Below, in pieces: positions 1 through 8,961 of a stretch of 64,000 nucleotides of DNA. The DNA is from a virus (lineage: Duplodnaviria; Caudoviricetes). The notes under the pieces were generated by a model. It was not told the origin of the DNA. It worked only from the letters and a program-made list of their open reading frames with translations, and did not search any database. Position 1 is the stretch's first letter. Each line of letters opens with the position of its first letter. The position numbers were made by a program, and so were the translations under genes. The stretch spans positions 1 through 64,000 of the IMG/VR virus record IMGVR_UViG_3300033146_005369; one strand, written 5' to 3'.

Positions 1-539
1 CCACGTTCATCACGCAACTCACCTTCATGCTTCGCCAACCGTTGGTCCATTCCAGGTCTTCCAACATTAAAATCATACCACTCTTCATAATATGCTTGAC
101 CAAGGGTTTGCGGAAGATCTTTGATGTAATCCTTGTATGATTCAAGCTTCCGTTTCTCGTCACTTTCAGGGATTCCCTCAATCAGCTTTTCAAGTGCTTT
201 CGACAATGACAATGAAGACTTGGCCACTTTTTTTTCCAATGAAGATCGTATTTTTTTAGCGCGGTCTTCATCAACACCTTTTAAATTGGCTTCGTTTAAT
301 TGTTGGAAAAGATCCCCTCTTGCTATGGTATCAAGAATATTAATCAACCGTAACAACTTCCCGGAAGTTGTATGATAAGTTCCTACAATTTCCCCATCCT
401 TATCATCATTCATTTTTATTAAAAACTTTTTAATAAAATTGGAAATCTTTTTAGAAGTTTTTTGGATCTTGTTAAGAGACCTTTTTCGCTTAAAGTCTTT
501 TAACATTCCTTCATTTAATAATGGTATAATATAATTCAT
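1..539 (-). CDS. Hypothetical protein, runs off the left edge; paralog of 828..1550
   Basis: Not in the ORF track. Manual translation from ATG at 539, open to the edge: MNYIIPLLNEGMLKDFKRKRSLNKIQ...LKGVDEDRAKKIRSSL...IKDLPQTLGQAYYEEWYDFN. Starts 1 nt after the stop of 541..831. Confidence 0.8.
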   Translation of the reverse strand, partial: MNYIIPLLNEGMLKDFKRKRSLNKIQKTSKKISNFIKKFLIKMNDDKDGEIVGTYHTTSGKLLRLINILDTIARGDLFQQLNEANLKGVDEDRAKKIRSSLEKKVAKSSLSLSKALEKLIEGIPESDEKRKLESYKDYIKDLPQTLGQAYYEEWYDFNVGRPGMDQRLAKHEGELRDER

Positions 540-540
540 T

Positions 541-831
541 CTATTCCTTTCTCAATTTGATTTTACAATTATTTTTCATTCCGTTTTCAATCTCATCCAG
601 TCTCAAATAAAACTTTTTTGCTTGTTCGTGCTTTCTTTGGTTTATTGGCGGAGAACGAAACAGGAGAGTTCTTTTTGCTTCATGATCCAACTTTAATTGT
701 GCTGCATAATGTTTACAAATTTGGTCGTAAAAGAGTTGGTACAATTCCGTCCCTTTAAAACGCTCAAGATCATCAACTACTAAGAAATTAATATCCATTC
801 CCAATTTATGCAACATTTCTAGAGCATTCAT
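541..831 (-). CDS. Hypothetical protein
   Basis: 96-aa ORF, ATGA overlap with upstream gene; ends KIKLRKE. Confidence 0.7.
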   Translation of the reverse strand: MNALEMLHKLGMDINFLVVDDLERFKGTELYQLFYDQICKHYAAQLKLDHEAKRTLLFRSPPINQRKHEQAKKFYLRLDEIENGMKNNCKIKLRKE

Positions 832-1550
832 CGTTTTTTCCTTATTATCCCCATGATTTCTTTAAGGATAAATTCATCAAGTTTACCGTGATATTTTCTT
901 AATCTTTCCCGATAAGCTTCTTCAGCCTGCTTAGCTCTGGCAGCTTCAACTCGTTTACGCTCCTCTCTTTTGCGTATTCTTTCTTCTCGCTTCCTTTTAC
1001 TTTGCGCGTTCTTTTCTTGGTCAGCTTGATCTGTAACATGATGAACCATATTATCAAAGCGACCACCATCTTTGAATTGTTCCTTTTTGTTGAAAAACAT
1101 ATATTCATCAGCATAAAAATCGCTAAAAGTTTCTGGAATCTGGTTCAAGTGATTCAAAAGGTTGTCCAATTCGTCACTTTCTATAATATTCCCAAGCCCA
1201 GACAGATTTTTGACTAGCTCTTGAGTGTACTTCCTGATGATTGAAACAATCCTATTTTGGATTTTCTCTGCACCAAGTTTGTTAACACCTTTGATATAAA
1301 CTTCATTGAGTCTTTCATTTCCAAGAAACTTTCTTAAATTCCCATCAGCAACCTGATTCAACAGTTTCAAATAGCTTCTTAAAGCCAATGAAGATGTTCC
1401 ACTTGTTTTGCCAACTTCTTCTTCAATTCCAGATACAACTTTCTGCAAAATTCTGATAATAATTTTCGCAGATTGTTCAATCTGCGCCAACTTTTGTTCA
1501 ATTCCTTTATTAGAAACTGATTCTAATAAAGGAATGATATACTCTTTCAT
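828..1550 (-). CDS. Hypothetical protein, paralog of 1..539
   Basis: Start placed at ATG 1550 (ATGA overlap with the TGA at 1547-1549): MKEYIIPLLES...; basic coiled-coil C-terminus. Confidence 0.8.
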   Translation of the reverse strand: MKEYIIPLLESVSNKGIEQKLAQIEQSAKIIIRILQKVVSGIEEEVGKTSGTSSLALRSYLKLLNQVADGNLRKFLGNERLNEVYIKGVNKLGAEKIQNRIVSIIRKYTQELVKNLSGLGNIIESDELDNLLNHLNQIPETFSDFYADEYMFFNKKEQFKDGGRFDNMVHHVTDQADQEKNAQSKRKREERIRKREERKRVEAARAKQAEEAYRERLRKYHGKLDEFILKEIMGIIRKKR

Positions 1551-1909
1551 TTTTTCCACCTTTTGTAGTACTTATTTAAACCTATAAAAAATGCAGGAGC
1601 ATTTTTGTTATTTTTGATTGGCAAAGGCGGTAGTTCTAATTTAATATCGGATTTCAGGTGATTGTTCATCACCTGCATCTTATGCAAGTAATTTGCATAA
1701 ATCAAATCGATAACAGTTTTCCTTTCTTGTTCTCCAAGTTCAGGCAATTCATCATATGCTAATTCTTCAAGATTACTAGCACCAAGCAAGAAACTGGCAT
1801 ATTCCAGCATCATTTGGACATTCGCGCCTGAAATTTCATTCTTATTCACCATTTCAAGAATATTTGTCGCTTTTTTAAACTGGTCTGATAACATCGACTC
1901 ATCCCCCAT
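1547..1909 (-). CDS. Hypothetical protein
   Basis: 120-aa ORF codirectional with neighbours; true start may be the downstream MLSDQ. Confidence 0.7.
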   Translation of the reverse strand: MGDESMLSDQFKKATNILEMVNKNEISGANVQMMLEYASFLLGASNLEELAYDELPELGEQERKTVIDLIYANYLHKMQVMNNHLKSDIKLELPPLPIKNNKNAPAFFIGLNKYYKRWKK

Positions 1910-1960
1910 ATGGTGTAATGCTGCACTTGTAGCCTAACACGCCCAACCGAACCACGCAAG

Positions 1961-2326
1961 TCATTTCACAATTCTCGTTATTCTGACTTTGAAAACTTTT
2001 TGTTTGCCTTCAAGAAGCGAAACACCCCTTGGGACCTTGCCTTTTCTTTTTTTCTTCTTCTTAGCAGGGCTGCTGTTGGTAACTGCTGTTTGAAATTCTT
2101 TGGCTCGATCATCCCAGTCAAAAGATTCACCAGTTCTTTCAATTGTGAATCTTATGAATTTCTGTTTTATCCTTCTCCTCAAATGTCTTGAATAAACATA
2201 CTCTTCTACTTCCCAAATAGTTACTTTGTCATCAAATTTTACTCTTGATCTTGTCGGAATACCGCCGTATTGCTCATATCTTTCTTCAAACTCTTTAAAT
2301 GTGATTGTTCCAATATATTTTTGCAT
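1961..2326 (-). CDS. Hypothetical basic protein
   Basis: 121-aa ORF with a KKKKKRK tract and C-terminal LLEGKQKVFKVRITRIVK. Confidence 0.7.
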   Translation of the reverse strand: MQKYIGTITFKEFEERYEQYGGIPTRSRVKFDDKVTIWEVEEYVYSRHLRRRIKQKFIRFTIERTGESFDWDDRAKEFQTAVTNSSPAKKKKKRKGKVPRGVSLLEGKQKVFKVRITRIVK

Positions 2327-2333
2327 TTTCTAC

Positions 2334-3167
2334 CTAAAAAGTATAACGCTCCTTGTTAATAACATATTTTTCATTAGGATAAACAACTCTTTCACCTTTG
2401 ACAACCTTTGCATCAACAGCGTTTTGTCTAGTCGCCAACCTCTTTTTTGTTTCGTTGACCTCGTTTCCTATTAAATACCCCAGCACTTCGATTTTAACTA
2501 ATGTTGTGAAGATCCTCTCATTCTCTTCTTTTTGATCAAACTCTGTTTCAAAACTTTCAGCCATAAAAGCTTCATAATAAAGTTTTGTGTCAGATTGAAT
2601 CAGAAAATAATTTAAGTTCCCACCAGTTGTGATAAAAGGTTGGAGTAATGAATTCATATGTTGTTGAAAGCTGGTTTTTAGTGTTAATGTATAATCTACT
2701 TGAACATAAGTTGGCATAGGGATAACCCTATAATCATAAACAACTTTTGTTGAATTTTTTCGTGAATTCTTTTGGCCATTCCAAAGTTTGGAATGTGCAT
2801 TCTGGAATTTGCTTGTCTGCTTTTGGTTAATCTTCTTTGAGACAACTAATGCGCCACCTTGGTAATCAAATTCGTTTATCTGATTGCCAACAAATCCTTT
2901 CATCTTGTCTGGTTGTTGTTTGATTGAGTCTCTTTTGACATAAATTTTTGGGTAAATAAGAGTTTTATTCCTATCCCTTAAATCTTTATCGTTTTTATAT
3001 TGAAAAGAACGTTCTGCACTTTCCCAAAGGACTTCAACATTAACAAATTTTTCAGCCTTCTGAACATGCAAATTAAGACCACGAACCCAATTTAACAAAG
3101 CATTGTCAATTGTCTCAATTGTACTTTCTTTGAATGTTACATCTCGTTCTTTTTCTACCGTTCTCAT
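2334..3167 (-). CDS. gp15: Tail completion/terminator protein, T4 gp15-like
   Basis: VLWESAERSFQ...RDRNKTLIYPKIYVKRDSI and PMPTYVQVDYTL motifs; lies directly after the neck genes. Confidence 0.62.
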   Translation of the reverse strand: MRTVEKERDVTFKESTIETIDNALLNWVRGLNLHVQKAEKFVNVEVLWESAERSFQYKNDKDLRDRNKTLIYPKIYVKRDSIKQQPDKMKGFVGNQINEFDYQGGALVVSKKINQKQTSKFQNAHSKLWNGQKNSRKNSTKVVYDYRVIPMPTYVQVDYTLTLKTSFQQHMNSLLQPFITTGGNLNYFLIQSDTKLYYEAFMAESFETEFDQKEENERIFTTLVKIEVLGYLIGNEVNETKKRLATRQNAVDAKVVKGERVVYPNEKYVINKERYTF

Positions 3168-3661
3168 TCTGTATAATCTTCCCCAATGAAGAAGTCTTTG
3201 CGAGCCTTCTTACATTTAGCAGCTATTTCAAACTGTTTTTCAACTTGTCCAAAAAGGTTTTTTGGTTCTTCCAATGAAACAATTTCAAAATAACGTGAGC
3301 CAAACAAAACAAAATCGCCTACTGATACTGAAAACTTTTGATCTTCGTTCAATCTCCTTTTATGAAACTGAACAATGATGTTGGAATTCTTATCTAAATA
3401 GTTTTCCGACACCATTTCTTCAGTTCCTTCCCAGACAACTAAAGCATAAACACGCAATGGTGGCAAATAATTTTTTTCCATAGCTTCGCCATAAATATCA
3501 TGATAATCTGTTGTATTCTTATCAATTGCATATAGTAAAACTTGTTGTCCAACAATACGTTCTAAAACTTCATCAGCAACTTGTTTGACGAAATCTCTTT
3601 CTGGTCCGTTTAAAAAAAGAGGAGGAGGCGGCGCTGGCTCTCTTCTGTGCTTAGTTGACAT
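3164..3661 (-). CDS. gp14: Neck/head-closure protein, T4 gp14-like
   Basis: GQQVLLYAIDKNTTDYHDIYGEA...RVYA pattern, VGDFVLFGSRYFEI; synteny. Confidence 0.68.
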   Translation of the reverse strand: MSTKHRREPAPPPPLFLNGPERDFVKQVADEVLERIVGQQVLLYAIDKNTTDYHDIYGEAMEKNYLPPLRVYALVVWEGTEEMVSENYLDKNSNIIVQFHKRRLNEDQKFSVSVGDFVLFGSRYFEIVSLEEPKNLFGQVEKQFEIAAKCKKARKDFFIGEDYTE

Positions 3662-3666
3662 TTTGT

Positions 3667-4263
3667 TTAACCTTGGACTTGTTTAACAAGCCTTTTAACC
3701 ATGTTGTAAGTTTTCCTTCCAACATATTTATTTCTCATCAAGTCTTGGTTAACTACGCCATTTGCATCTATTGCGTCACTAACAGCATGTAAAAATTCTA
3801 AGCCATATTTTTGATAAGCTAGGCGAATTCTTTGATTGGAAGTCCTTTTAATAGCATCACGCACATTCTTTCTCAAAATTGCTAAATTTCTTCTTTCCTC
3901 GCTAATCTCTTGTAAAACATCAACTATATCTTGAGACGAAAGAATTTCCTCAAGCATTTCTTCTTTCTCATCATAAATACTTTTTCTGTCTTCAACACCA
4001 ATCCTTAACAGATATTTAACAATATCTGCATGTTCATTATCAATTGCAAGTTCTAAAGATTTCTGCAAAACCTCTCTTGTTAAATATTTTTTACCATCAG
4101 TTGTTAAGAATTTAAGGATGACCTTCACTAATGCAAGCTGATCATCTTGAATAGCTTTCATTAAAAAACTGTGAACCAACTTGGGTTCATATCTTTGGCC
4201 ACTTCTAATACCAGCTACAATATCAGAGAATTCCATTTTATTTTCAATCAATTTGATTTTCAT
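3667..4263 (-). CDS. Ankyrin-repeat-like protein
   Basis: SLELAIDNEHADIVKYLLRIG fits the ankyrin consensus; weaker preceding repeat FLMKAIQDDQLALVKVILKFL; possible HhH-like C-terminus DLMRNKYVGRKTYNMV. Confidence 0.6.
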   Translation of the reverse strand: MKIKLIENKMEFSDIVAGIRSGQRYEPKLVHSFLMKAIQDDQLALVKVILKFLTTDGKKYLTREVLQKSLELAIDNEHADIVKYLLRIGVEDRKSIYDEKEEMLEEILSSQDIVDVLQEISEERRNLAILRKNVRDAIKRTSNQRIRLAYQKYGLEFLHAVSDAIDANGVVNQDLMRNKYVGRKTYNMVKRLVKQVQG

Positions 4264-4272
4264 TTTTACCTC

Positions 4273-5517
4273 TTATTTAATGTAGATTGCTAGAGGGATA
4301 TGTTCCAACATTTCTTGATTCTTCGCAAGCATATCAGCCTCTTGTTCAACCAATTTTTCATAACCTGTTTCGTCAAGCATTTCTTTGAGTTCTTCTCTCA
4401 TCTTTTCCATTCCCTCTAACGCTTGGCGTTCTAAACTATCCGAATTTAATACAACTGCATCACCAGGAATAGGAACTTTATCCAACTTTCCTCTATTCAT
4501 TGATAAAGTCAACATTGCCAAATAGAGTGCATAATCTCTTATCCACCATTTACCAACATAGTTGATGCTCTCAAATGGAATATATGAAAATGGCACATTG
4601 TTTATGTTATTAACACCTTCAAAACCATGGTTTATTTCTTCAGGATTGTAATTGTCACCCCAAACATCACCTGGGACCATGAAATCTAGCCATAAAACTC
4701 TTGGTCCAAGGCCATGTGGAGTGGGGAAAATTCTCAACTTGTTGTTAACAATTTCGAAAGAAAAATGTGAAGTTCTGACGTACATTGAATCTTCATAGGC
4801 CATTGCTTGAAGTTTGTTTTGAGAAGTTGGAACAACTTCATAAATTGTATCATCCTTCATTTGACCATATGTGCTCATGTTCCCCATAACATTAATTCCG
4901 CCATAAAAACCATAAAACATCCATGAACTTCTTGCGGATTTATAGTAAATATTTTTGACAAGAATTCTGTTTGCTCCAACAGTACCGGATAATTCTGGAT
5001 TTTGTGATATCAACTCTTGAAGATCATATGATTGTTGACCAGAATTTAAGGTTATAGAAGCAGAGTACATTGGGGAAATCCCACCAACACCCGCTTCCAT
5101 CGAAATAGCATCCCACAATCTTCTTGCATATCCAAATTCATATTTTGGTAATTTAGTATTGGCACCTTCATTTGTACCATCAGTTATATTACCATTTTGA
5201 TCAAATGATGATGTTTGAGTTCCCATTACAGAACCAATAACATTTTTCGCTTGATAAATATCAATTAAATATGAATATTCATGTGCAGCGCGCTCATATG
5301 CTGAATAAACAGTTTCTTCTGTTATTTCCAAATCCAAAACGTCACCACCAAGCTGATAATAAGTGTAAGAAACTTGCTCAACAGCTCCACTTAAAAAAGC
5401 ATCTGAAGAGTCATAAACACCAAATACCAAAGCGTCTTGAACATTATCGATGTTACCAGTTCTCGGGAGAATACTCCTGCTTATATCTGATATTGGTGAA
5501 AAATCTGGCACTGACAT
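4273..5517 (-). CDS. gp13: Neck/head-tail adaptor, T4 gp13-like
   Basis: YYQLGGDVLDLEIT, WWIRDYALYLAM...RGK...IPGDAVVLN...LEHIPLAIY motifs; start moved to MSVPD (5517) because AAGGAG lies 6 nt upstream. Confidence 0.7.
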   Translation of the reverse strand: MSVPDFSPISDISRSILPRTGNIDNVQDALVFGVYDSSDAFLSGAVEQVSYTYYQLGGDVLDLEITEETVYSAYERAAHEYSYLIDIYQAKNVIGSVMGTQTSSFDQNGNITDGTNEGANTKLPKYEFGYARRLWDAISMEAGVGGISPMYSASITLNSGQQSYDLQELISQNPELSGTVGANRILVKNIYYKSARSSWMFYGFYGGINVMGNMSTYGQMKDDTIYEVVPTSQNKLQAMAYEDSMYVRTSHFSFEIVNNKLRIFPTPHGLGPRVLWLDFMVPGDVWGDNYNPEEINHGFEGVNNINNVPFSYIPFESINYVGKWWIRDYALYLAMLTLSMNRGKLDKVPIPGDAVVLNSDSLERQALEGMEKMREELKEMLDETGYEKLVEQEADMLAKNQEMLEHIPLAIYIK

Positions 5518-5544
5518 TGAATACTCCTTACTATTAAATCCCTT

Positions 5545-5552
5545 TAAATAGT
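5545..5552 (-). promoter_or_regulatory. Candidate late promoter ACTATTTA upstream of the neck genes
   Basis: Lies between the capsid terminator and the RBS of the gp13-like gene, where re-initiation is needed; AT-rich octamer loosely similar to the T4 late TATAAATA. Weak. Confidence 0.3.
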
Positions 5553-5567
5553 TTTGCAATCCTTACC

Positions 5568-5606
5568 AAAAAATAAAAAAAAGACCTGCTGAAAAGCAGG
5601 TCTTTT
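5568..5606 (-). terminator. Rho-independent terminator after the major capsid gene
   Basis: Perfect 12-bp inverted repeat aaaagacctgct (5579-5590) / agcaggtctttt (5595-5606), 4-nt loop, long U-tract on the minus strand, 22 nt after the MCP stop. Confidence 0.92.
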
Positions 5607-5628
5607 GCTCACGAATTACTATAACAGT

Positions 5629-7359
5629 CTAACCATCAAAATCTTGAACAATTACAAGACCGTAGTAAAATGGTTGGACCATTTTTGTTGCATAACGAGT
5701 ACGCAACGCTTTGCGAGGCACAAAGCTTTCAGGATGGCGAAGAGTAGGATAAATCTCCAAAGGAGTGTAAGGCGAATAGACAAAGCCACTTTCCAAGAAT
5801 CCAGCACCTTTGCGACCAACAAGGATTACATTTCGGCGGAATTCTGGAGCAATGTAAACAGTCCATCGTTTGCTCAGTGTTCCAGCAGTTTCCCAACCAA
5901 GATCACCAACTTCATCATCATGAACAACAGAAGCTTGATAACCGCGAATCATTTCAAATACGGTTGCCATTTCTGGGCTAATGACCAAGAAGTTAGCTCC
6001 ACCTTTGAGAACCTTGCGGTAGATACGTGCACTGAGAGTTGAAATAACTTCAACAAGACCTTGATACCACATGTTCAAGTTCGCAGTGTAATCAGGAGGA
6101 TTAGTCGCTGAAGAAATATCTTCACCAGTTGTTCGATTCACGAACTTACCAACTCGACGAGACCAATAAAAAACACCTGCTCCACGTTCTTCAGCACCAG
6201 CGACCAATTCAGCAAGAATTTCATTATCAATTTCTTTCTCAACAAGATCAGAAAGCATTTTGGTAATTTCAACTTCTGCATCAACATTGAGATATGCGTT
6301 CATATCTTCGCTAGCTTCATCAGTCCATACAGTCTTCAGCTTACGAGCTTTAGTCTGGATATGAATGCTGTTCAACTTCATGCTAATCTGAGCAATCTCA
6401 GGCTGATTTTCAAGTTCCCAGTAATCAGTACCAACGATGGAACCTAGAGCCTGTGAAGTTTGCCATGAATCAGTCCGAGGATAATGCAAATCAAGTGAAG
6501 AAAGAGAAGTTGTCAAAGTATTGAAAATTCCTGTGTTATGGAACACGAAATTGAGCTTGTGAATACCACTCTCTTGAATATGGGAAGTCAATCGGCGGAC
6601 TTGTGTTGAACCAGAAAACTGGTCATGCTGGCCACCAGTGTTATAGGCAATTGTTGCAATCAAATTCTCGCCAGAGAAAGTTTGCCACTCTGCCGCACTC
6701 AATTCAACCTGAAGAACGGTTGCCCAAGAGCCAGATTCTAGTTGTGGGTCCCAATCGAGATAGCGCATTTGAGCGTCAGACGTAGTTGTTGCACCAATTT
6801 CAAAAGGAGCTGCCAACTGTGTAATGGCTTTTTCAGTAATTGTTCCTGTTGCGCTGGAATAACCATTGTTCATTGCTTGGAAACCGAGTTCGCCATAGCG
6901 TAGATTTCCACTATCATCAACAAAGATCCCAGACTCAGAAAGTTGGCGTCCTACAACTCCACCACCAAATACAGAAGTATCAGCAGTTTCGGACAATCGA
7001 TCACTATCATAAGTGAAGTCCAAAAAGAAAATTAGGCCGCTGGGCATTGAAATAGGCTGAATTGTCACGAGCTTGCTCGCAATAAGTTTACCAAATGCAC
7101 GTCTGACAAGTGGGAAAGCAACACTAGAAAACCCTTCCACATCGCCAGCACCCATTGTAGTGCTTTCTTTTAGGAACATATTTTTATACAAATAACGTGA
7201 CTCATTCTCTAACATAATGGCCATGTTGTTTGTGTCGTGAGTGCTCAGATCTTCCAAAAGTCCAGACCTTTTCCACTTCTCAACAAGCTTGCCCACCTTG
7301 CTTTTAGCTGTAGGTCGAACGTTGGTGTTCTCAATAATAAAATCTTTTATGTTTCTCAT
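5629..7359 (-). CDS. gp23: Major capsid protein, T4 gp23-like
   Basis: FPLVRRAFGKLIASKLVTIQPISMPSGLIFFLDF, KARKLKTVWTDEASED, EIDNEIL, GFVYSPYTPL, RTRYA motifs; GGAGG RBS. Confidence 0.97.
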   Translation of the reverse strand: MRNIKDFIIENTNVRPTAKSKVGKLVEKWKRSGLLEDLSTHDTNNMAIMLENESRYLYKNMFLKESTTMGAGDVEGFSSVAFPLVRRAFGKLIASKLVTIQPISMPSGLIFFLDFTYDSDRLSETADTSVFGGGVVGRQLSESGIFVDDSGNLRYGELGFQAMNNGYSSATGTITEKAITQLAAPFEIGATTTSDAQMRYLDWDPQLESGSWATVLQVELSAAEWQTFSGENLIATIAYNTGGQHDQFSGSTQVRRLTSHIQESGIHKLNFVFHNTGIFNTLTTSLSSLDLHYPRTDSWQTSQALGSIVGTDYWELENQPEIAQISMKLNSIHIQTKARKLKTVWTDEASEDMNAYLNVDAEVEITKMLSDLVEKEIDNEILAELVAGAEERGAGVFYWSRRVGKFVNRTTGEDISSATNPPDYTANLNMWYQGLVEVISTLSARIYRKVLKGGANFLVISPEMATVFEMIRGYQASVVHDDEVGDLGWETAGTLSKRWTVYIAPEFRRNVILVGRKGAGFLESGFVYSPYTPLEIYPTLRHPESFVPRKALRTRYATKMVQPFYYGLVIVQDFDG

Positions 7360-7374
7360 TTAATTCCTCCGAAT

Positions 7375-8532
7375 TTATTCTATAATTCCTGCTAACTTTT
7401 GATTCCGCTCAATTAGAACGGCACCAGTTTTTTCCTTCTTTTTGTCCTTTTTATTTTTTCTAAAAGAACTTATAACCTGTGTTGTCTTGTTTTCAAAAAT
7501 TCTGTCAACTTCCTTCTTTATTTCTGATGTATTCAGTCCGGCTTTAGTGACAGTTTCGTAAACAAGTTTCGCTTTTTCTATTGTATCACATTTCTTTAGA
7601 ACTTCGGCCATCTTATTTTTTTGCCGCTCATTCAAGGAGGAATTCGTCAAAATACGATTCAAATAGTTTTGCTTCTCGTTAACTAGTGCTGATTTTTTCA
7701 AGAGTTTGAAAAGCTTAGCATTTTTCTTCTTGAGTTCCGAAATTTTGGCATCTTTTTTGATATTAGCTTTAATAATAGGTTTCAAATATCTTTCCAAAAT
7801 TGTGTCGTAATCAAATTTCGGCACTCCGCGCTTATTATAAACGTCTTCATCATCAGTATTGTCAAACTTTTTGGCCCGCGCTCTTTCTTTTGTATCAATT
7901 ATATCATCCGATGTGGCACCAAGTTCACCATTACCCGGAATTGTGTCGTTTTCTGTATTATCTCCAAAATCTATCTCAAGCATCTCAAGAATTTCTTCTT
8001 CAATATCATCATCAGAATCATCATCAGAATTTTCATCAGAATTTTCATCAGAATCATCAATTTCCAACATCAAGTCGTCATCCAATCCCATTCCCTCATC
8101 ATCTTCCAATTCCATTCCCTCATCATCTTCCAATTCTGCTTCTAGATCTTCGCTTGGCTCCAAATCATCTTCCAATTCTTCATCACCAAGATCTTCCAGT
8201 TCTGCTTGTTTGATTAAATCTGGAAGGTCAATCTCAATTTCCATTTCCTCATCAACGGTATTGGGAATAGAATTTATTAATTCTTCTTCCATTTCGTTCG
8301 TCTGGTCTTCTTCCGCATCTGAAGTATCAAATTCTGACGATTCTTCTTCACCCATTTCAAAATCGTTTAGAAAGTCATCTTCTTCAATCTCTTCATTCAA
8401 AATCTTCTCTAAATTTTGTTTTACTTCTTCTGAATGTTTCTGTAGTACATCTTTGGCAACAATTTTTTTAGCTGTTTCCAATAAATGTTTAGCATCCAGG
8501 ACCGCTTCATCCAACATTTTTGATTCACTCAT
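7375..8532 (-). CDS. gp22: Prohead scaffolding/core protein, T4 gp22-like
   Basis: Very acidic N-half, coiled-coil C-half (LNERQKNKMAEVL...AKLVYETV...RNQKLAGII), immediately upstream of MCP. Confidence 0.8.
   Translation of the reverse strand: MSESKMLDEAVLDAKHLLETAKKIVAKDVLQKHSEEVKQNLEKILNEEIEEDDFLNDFEMGEEESSEFDTSDAEEDQTNEMEEELINSIPNTVDEEMEIEIDLPDLIKQAELEDLGDEELEDDLEPSEDLEAELEDDEGMELEDDEGMGLDDDLMLEIDDSDENSDENSDDDSDDDIEEEILEMLEIDFGDNTENDTIPGNGELGATSDDIIDTKERARAKKFDNTDDEDVYNKRGVPKFDYDTILERYLKPIIKANIKKDAKISELKKKNAKLFKLLKKSALVNEKQNYLNRILTNSSLNERQKNKMAEVLKKCDTIEKAKLVYETVTKAGLNTSEIKKEVDRIFENKTTQVISSFRKNKKDKKKEKTGAVLIERNQKLAGIIE
8005..8128. repeat. Short tandem repeats in the scaffold gene
   Basis: Four 12-bp units at 8005-8052 (atcatcatcaga x2, attttcatcaga x2; SDDD/SDEN) and two 24-bp units at 8081-8128 (EDDEGM[EG]L). 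Confidence 0.8.
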
Positions 8533-8535
8533 CTT

Positions 8536-8961
8536 TTATTCTCCAAAACCTTTAGAACCACTCCAGTTATCAACATAAATTGTAGCATCTCGTAAATCTA
8601 CCGAGGTTAATCCAGCTAATACCGAAGCAGTAACAGGCGAACCATTATCAGACATTAAATAAATTTTTGTCACTTTCCAATCAGCCGAAAAACTCTCTTG
8701 GTTATTCAAAGTGAAAAAATAAGCTCTATTCGATGGATCAACAACGCCCTCATGAGTGAAACCAACGCGCAACGTAACATCTGCGATGCTCGTTGGTAAA
8801 ACATTTTTAACTGTAATCCATTTTGCCATTGCATCAAAATCAACTAGCATTGAATCGCTCCCTGATGGTGGCACTTCTATTGAAGAAGAAGCAAATGGTT
8901 TAGTACTACCTTGAAAAGCTCCAAGATGATTGGGGCCTGCTCTTAATAAAAAATTGCTCAT
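8536..8961 (-). CDS. Hypothetical head-module protein, beta-rich
   Basis: 141-aa ORF between protease and scaffold; beta-strand pattern (WITVKN, LRVGF, YFFTL, KIYLMS). Confidence 0.75.
   Translation of the reverse strand: MSNFLLRAGPNHLGAFQGSTKPFASSSIEVPPSGSDSMLVDFDAMAKWITVKNVLPTSIADVTLRVGFTHEGVVDPSNRAYFFTLNNQESFSADWKVTKIYLMSDNGSPVTASVLAGLTSVDLRDATIYVDNWSGSKGFGE

Noticed and set aside
1900-1960. GC-rich gap with tRNA-like words (TGGTGTAATG on plus, GGTTCG on minus)
   Set aside because: The D-like and T-like words are on opposite strands, and no anticodon or acceptor stem can be formed.
6430-6990. Long variable insertion in the major capsid protein
   Set aside because: Corresponds in position to the insertion-domain region known in gp23-type capsids; not clearly novel without an alignment.
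7800-8578. Plus-strand ORFs including a 239-aa Ser-rich one
   Set aside because: Antisense shadows of the Asp/Glu-rich scaffold gene; the same applies to the other plus-strand ORFs in the track, which all overlap better-supported minus-strand genes.
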